Below, one piece after another: positions 9,732-18,911 of a stretch of 60,618 nucleotides of DNA. Below the pieces are notes generated by a model. It had not been told where the DNA came from, did not search any database, and saw nothing but the letters and a program-made list of their open reading frames with translations. The stretch is from an uncultured Candidatus Saccharibacteria bacterium. Its GTDB lineage: Bacteria; Patescibacteriota; Minisyncoccia; UBA6257; Colwellbacteraceae. The stretch covers positions 68,251 through 128,868 of the forward strand of contig CAYHTW010000002.1 of assembly GCA_964360065.1 (NCBI GenBank). The letters are read 5' to 3'. Within the stretch, counting starts at the first letter, position 1. The number at the start of each line of letters is the position of its first letter. The position numbers and the translations under genes were made by a program.

Positions 9732-10493
9732 TTATGCCTCAAAAACACGAGCTAGGCTAGTTATATCGCTTATCTTAAGAGCTTGGGGGCGCAAGGAGGG
9801 AGATATTTTAGCTTGGACAAGTATTTTTTCTACTTCTATTTTTGGCATATCCAGGCCAGAAGAAATATTATTAAGAATGGTTTTTCTTGGTTGTTTGAAG
9901 AGGGTTTTGATAAAAGGGTAATAAACTTTAGCCTTGATAATGGACTTTTTGGTTACTAATTTAAGAACCGCGCTATCAACTTTAGGCGGAGGACTAAATA
10001 AACCTTTTTTAATAATCATTTCCAGTTTAGGTTCAGCCCAGAACTGAATACTGGCGGCAAGCAAATTCATCTGTGGCGGATTAGCACAAATTCTTTCCGC
10101 AACTTCTTTCTGAACAGTGAAAACTATTACTTTAGGTTTTTTATTTAAATCTCCGATAATACGAAAGAGGTAGCCGGTGATGTAGTAAGGGATATTGCCC
10201 ACTAAAATAAAATCCCCCTTGATAGTAGAGATTACATCTTCTAAGACTTCCAAAACATCGCCTTCTACCACTTTGGCTTCGGGAAAATTATTTCTAAGAG
10301 TTGGGACGAGTTCTCTGTCCGCTTCTATAAGAACAAGATTCTTGGGTTTCTTATCCGCAAGATATTTAGTAAGCTCGCCGTGCCCAGGCCCTATCTCAAT
10401 AACAGTGTCTGTAGATTTTATTCCCACAAACGAAACAATGCTTTTTAAGACATTTTCGTCAGTCAGGAAGTGTTGTCCTAAACGCTGGCCCAT
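9732..10493 (-). CDS. rsmA: 16S rRNA m6,2A dimethyltransferase KsgA
   Basis: LGQHFL, EIGPGHGELT, VGNIPYYIT, FSPPPKVDSAV. Confidence 0.97.
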   Translation of the reverse strand: MGQRLGQHFLTDENVLKSIVSFVGIKSTDTVIEIGPGHGELTKYLADKKPKNLVLIEADRELVPTLRNNFPEAKVVEGDVLEVLEDVISTIKGDFILVGNIPYYITGYLFRIIGDLNKKPKVIVFTVQKEVAERICANPPQMNLLAASIQFWAEPKLEMIIKKGLFSPPPKVDSAVLKLVTKKSIIKAKVYYPFIKTLFKQPRKTILNNISSGLDMPKIEVEKILVQAKISPSLRPQALKISDITSLARVFEA

Positions 10494-12250
10494 CAGATTA
10501 GATTTACTTCGTCTTCATCTGCCCAATTATTTTTGGTATCAAAATCAATCAGCTCAGGCGGTATTTCCTGCAGAAAACGAGAAGCTAGGCCATAAAAACT
10601 TAGCGTTAGTCTTTTCCTTGCCCTCGTCATAGCTACGTACATCAGCCTTCTTTCTTCTTCTATGTCGTCATTTGAGAGAAGCGACCGTTGGTGGGGAATT
10701 GTGCCTTCATTAACGCCAGCGATAATAACGTTATCGAATTCCAAGCCTTTTGAGAGATGAATGGTCATTAGCTTCACTCTTTTGATATTAGTGTCGGTTT
10801 TAAGTTTGTCGGTGGATTCAAGGAGCGAAATGCGTTCCACAAATCCAATAAGAGTTGGGAAGTTAGAAGCGAAATTAATGAGCTCTACAATGTTCTCAAG
10901 CCGTTCTTCATAGTTATCAAATTTATTTTCCAGGTAACTTTCATACTGGCTGGCCTTAATAATGAAGCCAATAAGCTCAATTGGGGAGAGTTTATCTCCT
11001 AAAGCAGGGAGCTTTTCCTGAAGTTCAAGAAATTCTTTTTTGCGGAAGGTTTTATGTAAACGCTCCAAACTAATTTCGTCTTTTGGGTTCATGGCGTAGC
11101 GCAAGCCAGCTACAACATCTTTAATTTCTTTTCTTTCGTAAAATTTCAGGCCGCCAAAAATCTCGTAGGGGATAGAGTTAAAGTTGAGAGCCTGTTCAAT
11201 GGCCCTAGACTGTGCGTTGGTCCTGTATAGGATTGCCGAGCTGCCTAAGTTGCCCTTCAAGAGTTCAGCAACGATTTTAACCGCCTCTTCCTCCGCGTTC
11301 CAAGATGCCAAAACTTTCACCGGTTCGCCTCCGTCATTAGATGTCCAAAGTTTCTTGGGGCGTTGGAGTTTATTGTTTTTGATTAGACTAGCCGCCGCGT
11401 CAACTATGTTTTTACTGGATCGGTAATTTTCTCCCAGATGAACAATCTTCGCTTCTGGCCAATCTTTTTCAAAATTAAGGAAGTTTCTGAAATCGGCTCC
11501 GCGGAACTTATAGATAGATTGGTTGTCGTCTCCCACCACGTTAAGATTTTTATGTTTGTGAGCCAGTAACCTTATAAGAGCGTACTGGCTGGTATTAATA
11601 TCCTGAAATTCGTCCACCAGAATATATTCAAAACGATTTTGATATTTTTCCAAGACTTCCTTATTTCTCTGCAGAATCCTGACAGGCTTTTCTATCAGGT
11701 CGTCAAAATCAAAAGCGTTTTGTAGCCTTAGTCTCTCTTCGTACTTTTCAAAAATACCTCTAAAGGGGTCTTCTAGTTCCGAAGAGTCTGCCAACTCGTC
11801 TTTGATAAAAGAGATTTTCTTCTGAACTTTGCCGACTGGATATTTCTCTGCGGAAAGCTCCATGTCTTTGATTGTCTTTTTTAAGACTTTTTCCGAGTCG
11901 TCGTTGTCAAAAATCACGTAATTATTTGCCCGCCCCACAAGTACCGCCTCCTCTCTTAAAATTCTCGCACCAAAAGAGTGGAACGTTCCCAAAAATGGCA
12001 ATGTTTCCAGGTCTTTGAAGCTGGAGCGGAGCCTGGACTTAATTTCATCAGCCGCTTTGTTGGTGAAAGTGATAGCTACAATTCTTTCTGGAGGGATGCC
12101 TTGCCCCACAAGTTTTATTACTCTCTGTGTTAAAGTCTTGGTTTTTCCGCTGCCCGCGCCCGCAGAAATTAAAAGGGGGCCCTCTCCATGCGAGATGGCT
12201 TCCTGTTGCTGTGGGTTTAGAGAAGGTTGCGCGTCTTTTGGCTTGTCCAT
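10493..12250 (-). CDS. uvrD: UvrD/PcrA SF1 helicase (compact, short C-terminus)
   Basis: AGAGSGKT, VDEFQD, VGDDNQSIYKFRGA, ENYRS, EEERRLMYVAMTRA. Confidence 0.95.
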   Translation of the reverse strand: MDKPKDAQPSLNPQQQEAISHGEGPLLISAGAGSGKTKTLTQRVIKLVGQGIPPERIVAITFTNKAADEIKSRLRSSFKDLETLPFLGTFHSFGARILREEAVLVGRANNYVIFDNDDSEKVLKKTIKDMELSAEKYPVGKVQKKISFIKDELADSSELEDPFRGIFEKYEERLRLQNAFDFDDLIEKPVRILQRNKEVLEKYQNRFEYILVDEFQDINTSQYALIRLLAHKHKNLNVVGDDNQSIYKFRGADFRNFLNFEKDWPEAKIVHLGENYRSSKNIVDAAASLIKNNKLQRPKKLWTSNDGGEPVKVLASWNAEEEAVKIVAELLKGNLGSSAILYRTNAQSRAIEQALNFNSIPYEIFGGLKFYERKEIKDVVAGLRYAMNPKDEISLERLHKTFRKKEFLELQEKLPALGDKLSPIELIGFIIKASQYESYLENKFDNYEERLENIVELINFASNFPTLIGFVERISLLESTDKLKTDTNIKRVKLMTIHLSKGLEFDNVIIAGVNEGTIPHQRSLLSNDDIEEERRLMYVAMTRARKRLTLSFYGLASRFLQEIPPELIDFDTKNNWADEDEVNLI

Positions 12251-12264
12251 TTGTTTTTTTCTGC

Positions 12265-12302
12265 TAGTATACTATAGTACTGATCAGTACTATAGTATAC
12301 TA
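12265..12302. repeat. Perfect 38-bp palindrome
   Basis: TAGTATACTATAGTACTGA|TCAGTACTATAGTATACTA; arms are exact reverse complements with no loop. Confidence 0.97.
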
Positions 12303-12321
12303 AACCCCTGTATGATATATA

Positions 12322-13845
12322 TCATTTTTCTCGGACTCTCAACTGGAAGGCTTCAGAGATATGCGGAGCCTCTACGATTTCGCTTTCTTCCAGATCCGCG
12401 ATAGTTCTAGCGGTTTTGAGTATACGGTAATAACCCCTGGTGGATAGGTGTACTTTATCAAATATTTCTTTGATAAGTTGTTCGGCTCCATGAGTTAAAT
12501 TAGTTAGTTTTTCACAGGTTTTTGAATTCATCTCTGAATTAGTGATGATGCCGAGGCCATTATTCATAAATCTTTCTCGTTGAAAAGCCCTAGCCCTCCC
12601 GACTCTCTTTCTTATGTCGTTTCCTTTGATTGCCGAGCTTGGAACTTTTAGTTCATCAATCTTAATACGGGGAACGTTGATTTGAATATCAATTCTATCT
12701 AAGAGAGGGCCAGATATCTTTTTCTGATATTTAAAAACTTCGTAAGCGCTGCATTTACATTCTTTTTCTGTATCTCCCCAGTAGCCACAAGGGCAGGGGT
12801 TCATAGCGGCCACCAGCGTAAATCTGGCTGGGTAGGTAAGATTGTTTCTAATTCTGGAGACCGTTATTTCACCGGATTCCATAGGTTGTCTTAGAGCCTC
12901 CAAAAGATCTCTTCTGAATTCTGGGAGCTCATCCAGAAATAAAACCCCACGATGAGCCAGACTTATCTCTCCGGGCTTGGAGTTTTGCCCGCCACCGATT
13001 ACAGATACAGGCGAAGCAGTCTGGTGAGGCATACGAAAGGGCCTGCTTTTAAGGTGAGACCCCGAGAGGAGCCCGGCTGCGCTCCAAATTTCCGAAGCCT
13101 CAATAGATTCTTCTAAGGACAGCGGAGGAAGGATAGAGTTGAAAGCTTGAGCCAGCATAGTTTTACCTGACCCTGGCGGGCCGCTCATTAATATATTGTG
13201 TCCACCGGCGGCCGCCACCATCAGGGCGCGTTTCGCGGATTCCTGTCCTCTTACATCTTCTATATCTACATCCGATAAAACATCCTCCGGGACAAAATCT
13301 TGTTTAGGGAAAGGAGTAATCGGCTTCAATTTTTCCAAGTGATTTATTAAGTCGGCTAAATTATTAAGCGGGAAAACAGAGATTCCTTTAACGAGACTGG
13401 CTTCACCGGCGTTACTAGCCGGGAGAAATACTTCGGTGATATCAATTTTCTTAGCTAGAGTGGCGAAATTAAGGGCGCCGGCTATAGGGCGGATATCGCC
13501 ATTTAGGGCCAGCTCTCCTAAGAAAAGGCTTTTGCCGGGCTGATTTTTGATCTGTTCGGTGGCTAATAAATAGCCGACTGCTATAGCCAAGTCATACTGT
13601 GAACCGGTTTTCTTAACATCGGCCGGGGCAAGATTAACAGTTATTTTCCTGTTTTCTTTAGTCGGTGGCTTAAGCCCGGTATTTTTGATAGCGGAACCAA
13701 CCCTTTCTTTAGCCTCCGAAAGAGCCTTATCGGCCAATCCCACAATATTAAAACTATGAAGGCCGACGTTTAAGTCGACCTCCACTTCAATAAGTTTCCC
13801 CTTAATGCCTTCGAGTTCAGCCGAATAAACTTTGGCGAAACGCAT
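12322..13845 (-). CDS. comM: ComM/YifB Mg-chelatase-like AAA+ ATPase
   Basis: KITVNLAPAD.KK.GSQYDL, GPPGSGKTM, HRGVLFLDELPEF, AAMNPCPCG. Confidence 0.95.
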   Translation of the reverse strand: MRFAKVYSAELEGIKGKLIEVEVDLNVGLHSFNIVGLADKALSEAKERVGSAIKNTGLKPPTKENRKITVNLAPADVKKTGSQYDLAIAVGYLLATEQIKNQPGKSLFLGELALNGDIRPIAGALNFATLAKKIDITEVFLPASNAGEASLVKGISVFPLNNLADLINHLEKLKPITPFPKQDFVPEDVLSDVDIEDVRGQESAKRALMVAAAGGHNILMSGPPGSGKTMLAQAFNSILPPLSLEESIEASEIWSAAGLLSGSHLKSRPFRMPHQTASPVSVIGGGQNSKPGEISLAHRGVLFLDELPEFRRDLLEALRQPMESGEITVSRIRNNLTYPARFTLVAAMNPCPCGYWGDTEKECKCSAYEVFKYQKKISGPLLDRIDIQINVPRIKIDELKVPSSAIKGNDIRKRVGRARAFQRERFMNNGLGIITNSEMNSKTCEKLTNLTHGAEQLIKEIFDKVHLSTRGYYRILKTARTIADLEESEIVEAPHISEAFQLRVREK

Positions 13846-13853
13846 GGGTGATT

Positions 13854-14201
13854 TTATTTCTCTTCCTTCCCCTCCTTAAGTTTACAGCTTTGGCACAGAC
13901 GAGATTCGGGATCAACTTTCAAGAGCTCTACGGAAATTTCATTGCCACATTCTTCACATATTCCATAAGCTCCAGCTCCAATTTTATCTAAGGCGAAATT
14001 AATATCTTTTAAGCTGTCTTTCAGGGAGACAGCCACGCCTTCATTAATAGCAGCCTGTTCGCTTTCGTCGGCCTCTTCTTCTAAGTCGTGACCGTCACGG
14101 CCCAGATCAGCACTGCCTATACCCTTTATTTCTTTTTCTAGTCTCTTTTTCTCTTCTTTTAATAGAGACTCCATCTCCTTTAGGATTTCTTTTGAGATCA
14201 T
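13854..14201 (-). CDS. TraR/DksA C4-type zinc finger protein
   Basis: YGICEECGNEI..L..DP..RLCQSC; coiled-coil tip DLEEEADE. Confidence 0.9.
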   Translation of the reverse strand: MISKEILKEMESLLKEEKKRLEKEIKGIGSADLGRDGHDLEEEADESEQAAINEGVAVSLKDSLKDINFALDKIGAGAYGICEECGNEISVELLKVDPESRLCQSCKLKEGKEEK

Positions 14202-14255
14202 GCCTCATATTATTCTGGCCTTACTCAAAAGTCAAAACAGACTATAATAGTAAGG

Positions 14256-14837
14256 ATGATTCATTTTGTTTCAGGCAAGTTGGAGAGCAAAAAGGTTAAC
14301 TTCGTTGTAGTGGAAGCTCACGGAATCGGCTATAAAATATTTGTTCCGACGTCCACCATAAAGAAATTACCAAATCTTGGGGAAGAAATTAAACTTCTGA
14401 CTCATTTTCATGTGAGAGAAGACGCCATGAGCCTTTATGGCTTCTTAGAAGAAAAGGAACTCAAACTTTTTGAAGCCCTGGTTTCTATTTCCGGAGTCGG
14501 ACCTAAAACGGCCTTGGGGATATTAAGCTTAGCTCCGGTGGATAATTTAGTGGCCGCCATAGCAAGAGGTGAAAGCGATTTATTGCAAAGATCGGCTGGT
14601 ATAGGCAGGAAGACGGCCGCGAGAGTTGTCATGGAACTTAAAGATAAAGTTTTCGTGGAGATTGGCACCGGAGAAGAAACGGTGCGCCTTATGGAATCGG
14701 ACGAAGATGTTTACGAAGCGCTTTTGAGTCTCGGCTATTCGGCTAAGCAAGCCAAAGCAGCCATGGACAAGATTGACCCGAAACTCAAGGGAGTTGACGA
14801 AAGACTTAGAGAAGCCTTGCAAAAACTGAGAGGCTAA
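14256..14837 (+). CDS. ruvA: Holliday junction branch migration protein RuvA
   Basis: VEAHGIGY, HVREDAMSLYGF, SISGVGPK, GIGRKTAARV, LLSLGY. Confidence 0.97.
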   Translation: MIHFVSGKLESKKVNFVVVEAHGIGYKIFVPTSTIKKLPNLGEEIKLLTHFHVREDAMSLYGFLEEKELKLFEALVSISGVGPKTALGILSLAPVDNLVAAIARGESDLLQRSAGIGRKTAARVVMELKDKVFVEIGTGEETVRLMESDEDVYEALLSLGYSAKQAKAAMDKIDPKLKGVDERLREALQKLRG

Positions 14838-14841
14838 TGGA

Positions 14842-16050
14842 ATGAATAGAATTCTGATACAAATAAAAAGATTTATACCCAAAGAAATTTTTAGATCGCT
14901 GTCTCCGATTTATCACTGGTGTTTGGCTTTAGGAGGCGCGGTGGTTTACGGATTCCCGTCTGTAGGCATGAAGGTTATAGGCGTGACTGGCACGAGCGGC
15001 AAAACAACCACGGTAGAGTTTCTGCATGAAATATTTGCCGCGGCCGGCTACCGGACAGCATCTTTATCGGGTCTGCGTTTCAAGGTGTTAGATAAAGAAG
15101 AGCCTAATATGCTTAAGATGACTATGCCGGGCCGTTTCAAGGTCCAGAAGTTTCTCTCTGATGCCAGGCGGGCGAAGGCTCAATATGTTTTTTTGGAAGT
15201 TACCTCGGAAGGTATTAGGCAATACAGGCATAAGTTTATAGATTTTTACGCCGCCATTCTTACTAATCTCTCTCCGGAGCATCTGGAATCACACGGCGGA
15301 TTTGAAAAATACAGGGCCGCTAAGGCCGAACTGTTCAATATTTCTCCTATTCACGTTTTAAACGGAGATGATGAAAACTTTGAATTCTTCAACAAAATCC
15401 CCGCCAAAGAGAAAATAGTTTTCAAAAGTTCTGATTACCCCAATCTGAAAATTCATTTGGAAGGAGAATTTAACCGGATGAATGCGGTGGCTGCGCTTTC
15501 TTTTGCTAACTCGGAGCATATTCTGGAAGAGATATCTTTAAGAGCTGTAGAGGCGGTTAAGACCTTGCCGGGCAGAATGGAATTCGTTAATCCGCCAGTT
15601 GGCGGACATAAGAACTTCAAGGTTCTGGTGGACTACGCTTTTTTACCACAAGCCCTGCGCAAAGTTTATGAAACCCTAAATAAAGATTATGGGTTGAAAG
15701 GCAAAAAATTGATTTGTGTTACCGGCGCCGCTGGTGGAGGCAGGGACAAATGGAAAAGATCGGTCTTGGGGGACGTGGCCGCCGAGTTTTGTAAGAAAGT
15801 AATAGTGACTAATGAAGACCCGTATGATGAGAACCCGATGGATATTTTGAAACAAGTTGAAGGGAAGCATAATTTCGAGAAAATATTAGACAGGCGGGAA
15901 GCTATTAGAGTTGCCTTAGAATCGGCGGAAGACGGAGACATAGTAGTCATTACCGGCAAGGGAGCCGAGCCTTGGATTATGGGGCCCCAAGGAACTAAAA
16001 CTGCCTGGGACGACAGAGTGGTTGTTCGCGAGGAGCTTTCAAAGCTATAA
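14842..16050 (+). CDS. murE: MurE-like Mur ligase (no N-terminal domain)
   Basis: GVTGTSGKTTT, LEVTSEG, LTNLSPEHL, LPGRME, ITGKGAE. Confidence 0.8.
   Translation: MNRILIQIKRFIPKEIFRSLSPIYHWCLALGGAVVYGFPSVGMKVIGVTGTSGKTTTVEFLHEIFAAAGYRTASLSGLRFKVLDKEEPNMLKMTMPGRFKVQKFLSDARRAKAQYVFLEVTSEGIRQYRHKFIDFYAAILTNLSPEHLESHGGFEKYRAAKAELFNISPIHVLNGDDENFEFFNKIPAKEKIVFKSSDYPNLKIHLEGEFNRMNAVAALSFANSEHILEEISLRAVEAVKTLPGRMEFVNPPVGGHKNFKVLVDYAFLPQALRKVYETLNKDYGLKGKKLICVTGAAGGGRDKWKRSVLGDVAAEFCKKVIVTNEDPYDENPMDILKQVEGKHNFEKILDRREAIRVALESAEDGDIVVITGKGAEPWIMGPQGTKTAWDDRVVVREELSKL
15591..15606. repeat. Short GC-rich palindrome in frame in murE
   Basis: TCCGCCA-GT-TGGCGGA, encoding PPVGG between GRMEFV and FKVLVDY. 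Confidence 0.6.
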
Positions 16051-16063
16051 TCCTAACTAAACA

Positions 16064-17413
16064 ATGAAACTTACTTTTTTCGGCGGAGCCGGAATAGTTA
16101 CCGGCGCCAATTATCTTTTAGAGTCCGATAGCGGGGACAAGATTTTGGTTGATTGCGGGCTTATTCAGTCGGGGCACAATTCAGATAAGGATAACTTCGC
16201 GCCATTTGCTTACGACTTAAAAGATATTAAAGGAGTTTTTATAACCCACGCCCATATTGACCACACGGGCCGTCTGCCCAAGCTTTATAAAGAGGGTTAC
16301 CGCGGGCCCATTTATTCCACTCCTCCTACCAGAGACTTTGCGAGGGATCTTCTTCTTGATTCGGAAGGAATATTAAGTAGAGAAGCGGAAAGAGAAAAGA
16401 GAGAACCTATTTATAACGCTAAAGATGTTCTTGGAATTATATCTTTATGGAAAGGCTTGGAATATAACACTACGATTAAGGTAGGAAGTTTTTCCATCAC
16501 ATTAGTAAACTCTGGGCATATTCTTGGGTCTAGCTCCATAGTGGTTGAGGGAGACGAAAAGACGATAGTTTTTTCTGGTGACTTAGGTAATGTTAATCCG
16601 CCACTCATTAGGGAATGGACGCCACTTCAAGTACACGCTACATATTGCTTAGTGGAATCGGCCTATGGAGACAGGCTGCACGAAGATCTGGAGAAAAGGG
16701 AGGATCTCTTGGAGGATGTGATTGAAGACGCCGTTAAATCAGGCGGAGTTCTGATGATTCCGGCTTTCGCGCTGGAGAGAATCCAAGTTTTGCTTTATCA
16801 CCTGGACGCGCTTATTGAAAACGGTCGTATCCCGCGAATCCCCGTTTTCGTAGACAGTCCGTTAGCTATAAAGCTGACATCGGTTTACGAGAAATATTTA
16901 AACTATTTTAATTCAGAGGCTCACAAAATGATTGGTTCAGGAAAGTTTTTTGATTTTCCTGGGTTGAAATTAACCATGACTACGGAAGAGTCCAGAGCTA
17001 TTAAAGATGTACCCTCTCCGAAAGTAATTATCGCCGGCTCTGGTATGTCTCAAGGCGGCAGAATTCTTTTCCATGAAATAGAGTATCTGCCTGACCCCAA
17101 GAGCACGATACTTTTTGTCGGTTATCAAGCCGCAGGATCTTTAGGGAGGCAGATATTGGAGGGAGCTAAGTCAGTCAGAATAATGGGAGAAGAAGTCGCG
17201 GTGAACTGTAAAGTAGCTCACATTCCAGGTTACTCTGCTCATGCCGACCAAAAGAGACTTATAGATTGGGTTAGGCCAATGAAAGGGACTCTTAAGAGAG
17301 TTTTTGTGGTGCAAGGCGACCTGGAGGCAAGTAAGGCTTTAGCTGTAGCTATAGAAGACAAGCTGGCAATTCTCGCCAAAGTGCCTTCGGCTGGAGAGGA
17401 AGTGGTGCTATAA
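16064..17413 (+). CDS. MBL-fold beta-CASP ribonuclease
   Basis: THAHIDHTG, SGHILG, FSGDLG, ESAYG, GYSAHAD. Confidence 0.93.
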   Translation: MKLTFFGGAGIVTGANYLLESDSGDKILVDCGLIQSGHNSDKDNFAPFAYDLKDIKGVFITHAHIDHTGRLPKLYKEGYRGPIYSTPPTRDFARDLLLDSEGILSREAEREKREPIYNAKDVLGIISLWKGLEYNTTIKVGSFSITLVNSGHILGSSSIVVEGDEKTIVFSGDLGNVNPPLIREWTPLQVHATYCLVESAYGDRLHEDLEKREDLLEDVIEDAVKSGGVLMIPAFALERIQVLLYHLDALIENGRIPRIPVFVDSPLAIKLTSVYEKYLNYFNSEAHKMIGSGKFFDFPGLKLTMTTEESRAIKDVPSPKVIIAGSGMSQGGRILFHEIEYLPDPKSTILFVGYQAAGSLGRQILEGAKSVRIMGEEVAVNCKVAHIPGYSAHADQKRLIDWVRPMKGTLKRVFVVQGDLEASKALAVAIEDKLAILAKVPSAGEEVVL

Positions 17414-17423
17414 TTAAGCCATA

Positions 17424-18014
17424 ATGGCCATAGAAGACATCAGACCTAAATATAAGATTTGTGTTTCTGGAGCAGCCGAGACGAGTTATTTTGGAGACGA
17501 TGCCTTTGCCATGGGCACGGAATTGGGCAAAGAAATAGCCAGAAGAAACTGTGTTTTGGTGGAAGGGGCTACCACAGGGTTTCCCCTATGGGCAGCTAAA
17601 GGAGCCAAAGAAGAAGGAGGCATAGTGGTCGGCATTTCTCCGGCGGGCAGCGAGAGAGACCACGTGAGTATTTACAAATTACCGATTGATTATCATGATA
17701 TTATTATCTACACAGGCTTCGGTTATTCTGGTAGGAATTTACTCTTGACCCGATCGGCTGACGCCGTTATTGTCGGCCCGGGGCGAATGGGAACTATCAA
17801 CGAGTTCACAATCGCCTTTGAAGACGGCAAGCCCATTGGAATACTGGAGGGTTCTTGGGAAACAGATGAGTTAATCAAGAACTTAATTGAGAAGTCGCAT
17901 CGCGCCGAAGAGAGAAAAGATAAAATAGTCTTCGCAAAAGACCCCAAAACCCTTTTAAATGAGCTTCTTAAAATCATTGCTCGGGATAAAGAAAAAAATG
18001 GGCACTACCTCTAA
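17424..18014 (+). CDS. LOG/SLOG family protein (TIGR00725-like)
   Basis: VSGAAE, GATTGFP, GRNLLLTRSADAVI, GTINEF..A...GKPIG. Confidence 0.85.
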   Translation: MAIEDIRPKYKICVSGAAETSYFGDDAFAMGTELGKEIARRNCVLVEGATTGFPLWAAKGAKEEGGIVVGISPAGSERDHVSIYKLPIDYHDIIIYTGFGYSGRNLLLTRSADAVIVGPGRMGTINEFTIAFEDGKPIGILEGSWETDELIKNLIEKSHRAEERKDKIVFAKDPKTLLNELLKIIARDKEKNGHYL

Positions 18015-18303
18015 AATTAAAAAGCCGGCCGTTAGTAAGAAGGTAATTAAAGGCAAAAAATCCAAGAAGATTGGTAAAATAGTCCATTATTATGGCGGGA
18101 TTAAAGTAGCCATAGTTAAATTCAGTAAAGACATCAAAGTAGGCAAGGAGATTCGTTTTAAAGGGGTTACAACCGACTTCGGGCAAGCAATTTCTTCTAT
18201 GCAGTTTGACCATAAGGAAATAAGGCTGGCTAAAAAGGGGAAACAAATCGGCGTTAAGGTTAAAAGCCGGGTTAGGGAAGGAGATGAAGTTTTTGAAGAG
18301 TAG
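17998..18303 (+). CDS. Translation elongation factor domain II-like small protein
   Basis: IGKIVHYYGGIKVAIV...TDFGQAISSMQFDH...GVKV..RVREGDEVF; start taken at ATG 17998. Confidence 0.7.
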   Translation: MGTTSKIKKPAVSKKVIKGKKSKKIGKIVHYYGGIKVAIVKFSKDIKVGKEIRFKGVTTDFGQAISSMQFDHKEIRLAKKGKQIGVKVKSRVREGDEVFEE

Positions 18304-18383
18304 GCCCTTACACTTCATAGTATGTGCTATAATAATCATGAGAATTTGGTCAACTTCTCCACTTAAATCTAATTTGTAAACTT

Positions 18384-18773
18384 ATGAACAATATTAAAGT
18401 CGCCGAGTGGGTTCTACGAGTCGCTATTTTTGGTACATTTTTCGGCCATGGCGTGTTTGCGTTGCAGGGAAAAGAAAACTGGGTTCAATGGATAATGGAT
18501 TTTGGCGGCTGGGATGCGGGGCTTGCCACACAACTTCTTCTCGCCGTAGGCATACTTGATGTAGTTGTTGCGTTGTTTGTGTTGTTCAAACCGGTTCGCA
18601 TAATTTTGCTTTGGGCGGTAATTTGGACATCGTGGACAGCGTTTATGCATGTTCTGCCCTTCATCGGTGATCCAGTCTGGGATTTCGTAGAACGATGGGC
18701 AAATATCGGCGCGCCATTGGCGCTTCTTATCCTTCTTGGTTGGCCAAAAAACTGGAGAGAATGGTTGAAATAA
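18384..18773 (+). CDS. DoxX-like membrane protein
   Basis: WVLRVAIFGTFFGHG, four hydrophobic segments. Confidence 0.65.
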   Translation: MNNIKVAEWVLRVAIFGTFFGHGVFALQGKENWVQWIMDFGGWDAGLATQLLLAVGILDVVVALFVLFKPVRIILLWAVIWTSWTAFMHVLPFIGDPVWDFVERWANIGAPLALLILLGWPKNWREWLK

Positions 18774-18911
18774 ATAGTTTACACCGAAGATCGACAAACA
18801 AGTGTTTTCAGTTGAAGCGCAAATCGTAGGCTTGCAAGAGCGTGCCGCCTTATCGAGTGATCGGCGGACTGACTCAAGAATACTGCATAATTTTAGGCTA
18901 TAATTAGTAAG

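Noticed and set aside
18338-18379. 13-aa leader peptide MRIWSTSPLKSNL before the DoxX-like gene
   Set aside because: Its ATG is only 4 nt after TATAAT, probably upstream of or at +1; no regulatory codon run.
18774-18900. Riboswitch before the cation antiporter (CCGCC..GGCGG hairpin)
   Set aside because: The likely -10 lies downstream of the hairpin, 7 nt from the ATG, so it would not be in the mRNA; no c-di-AMP or other riboswitch consensus recognised.
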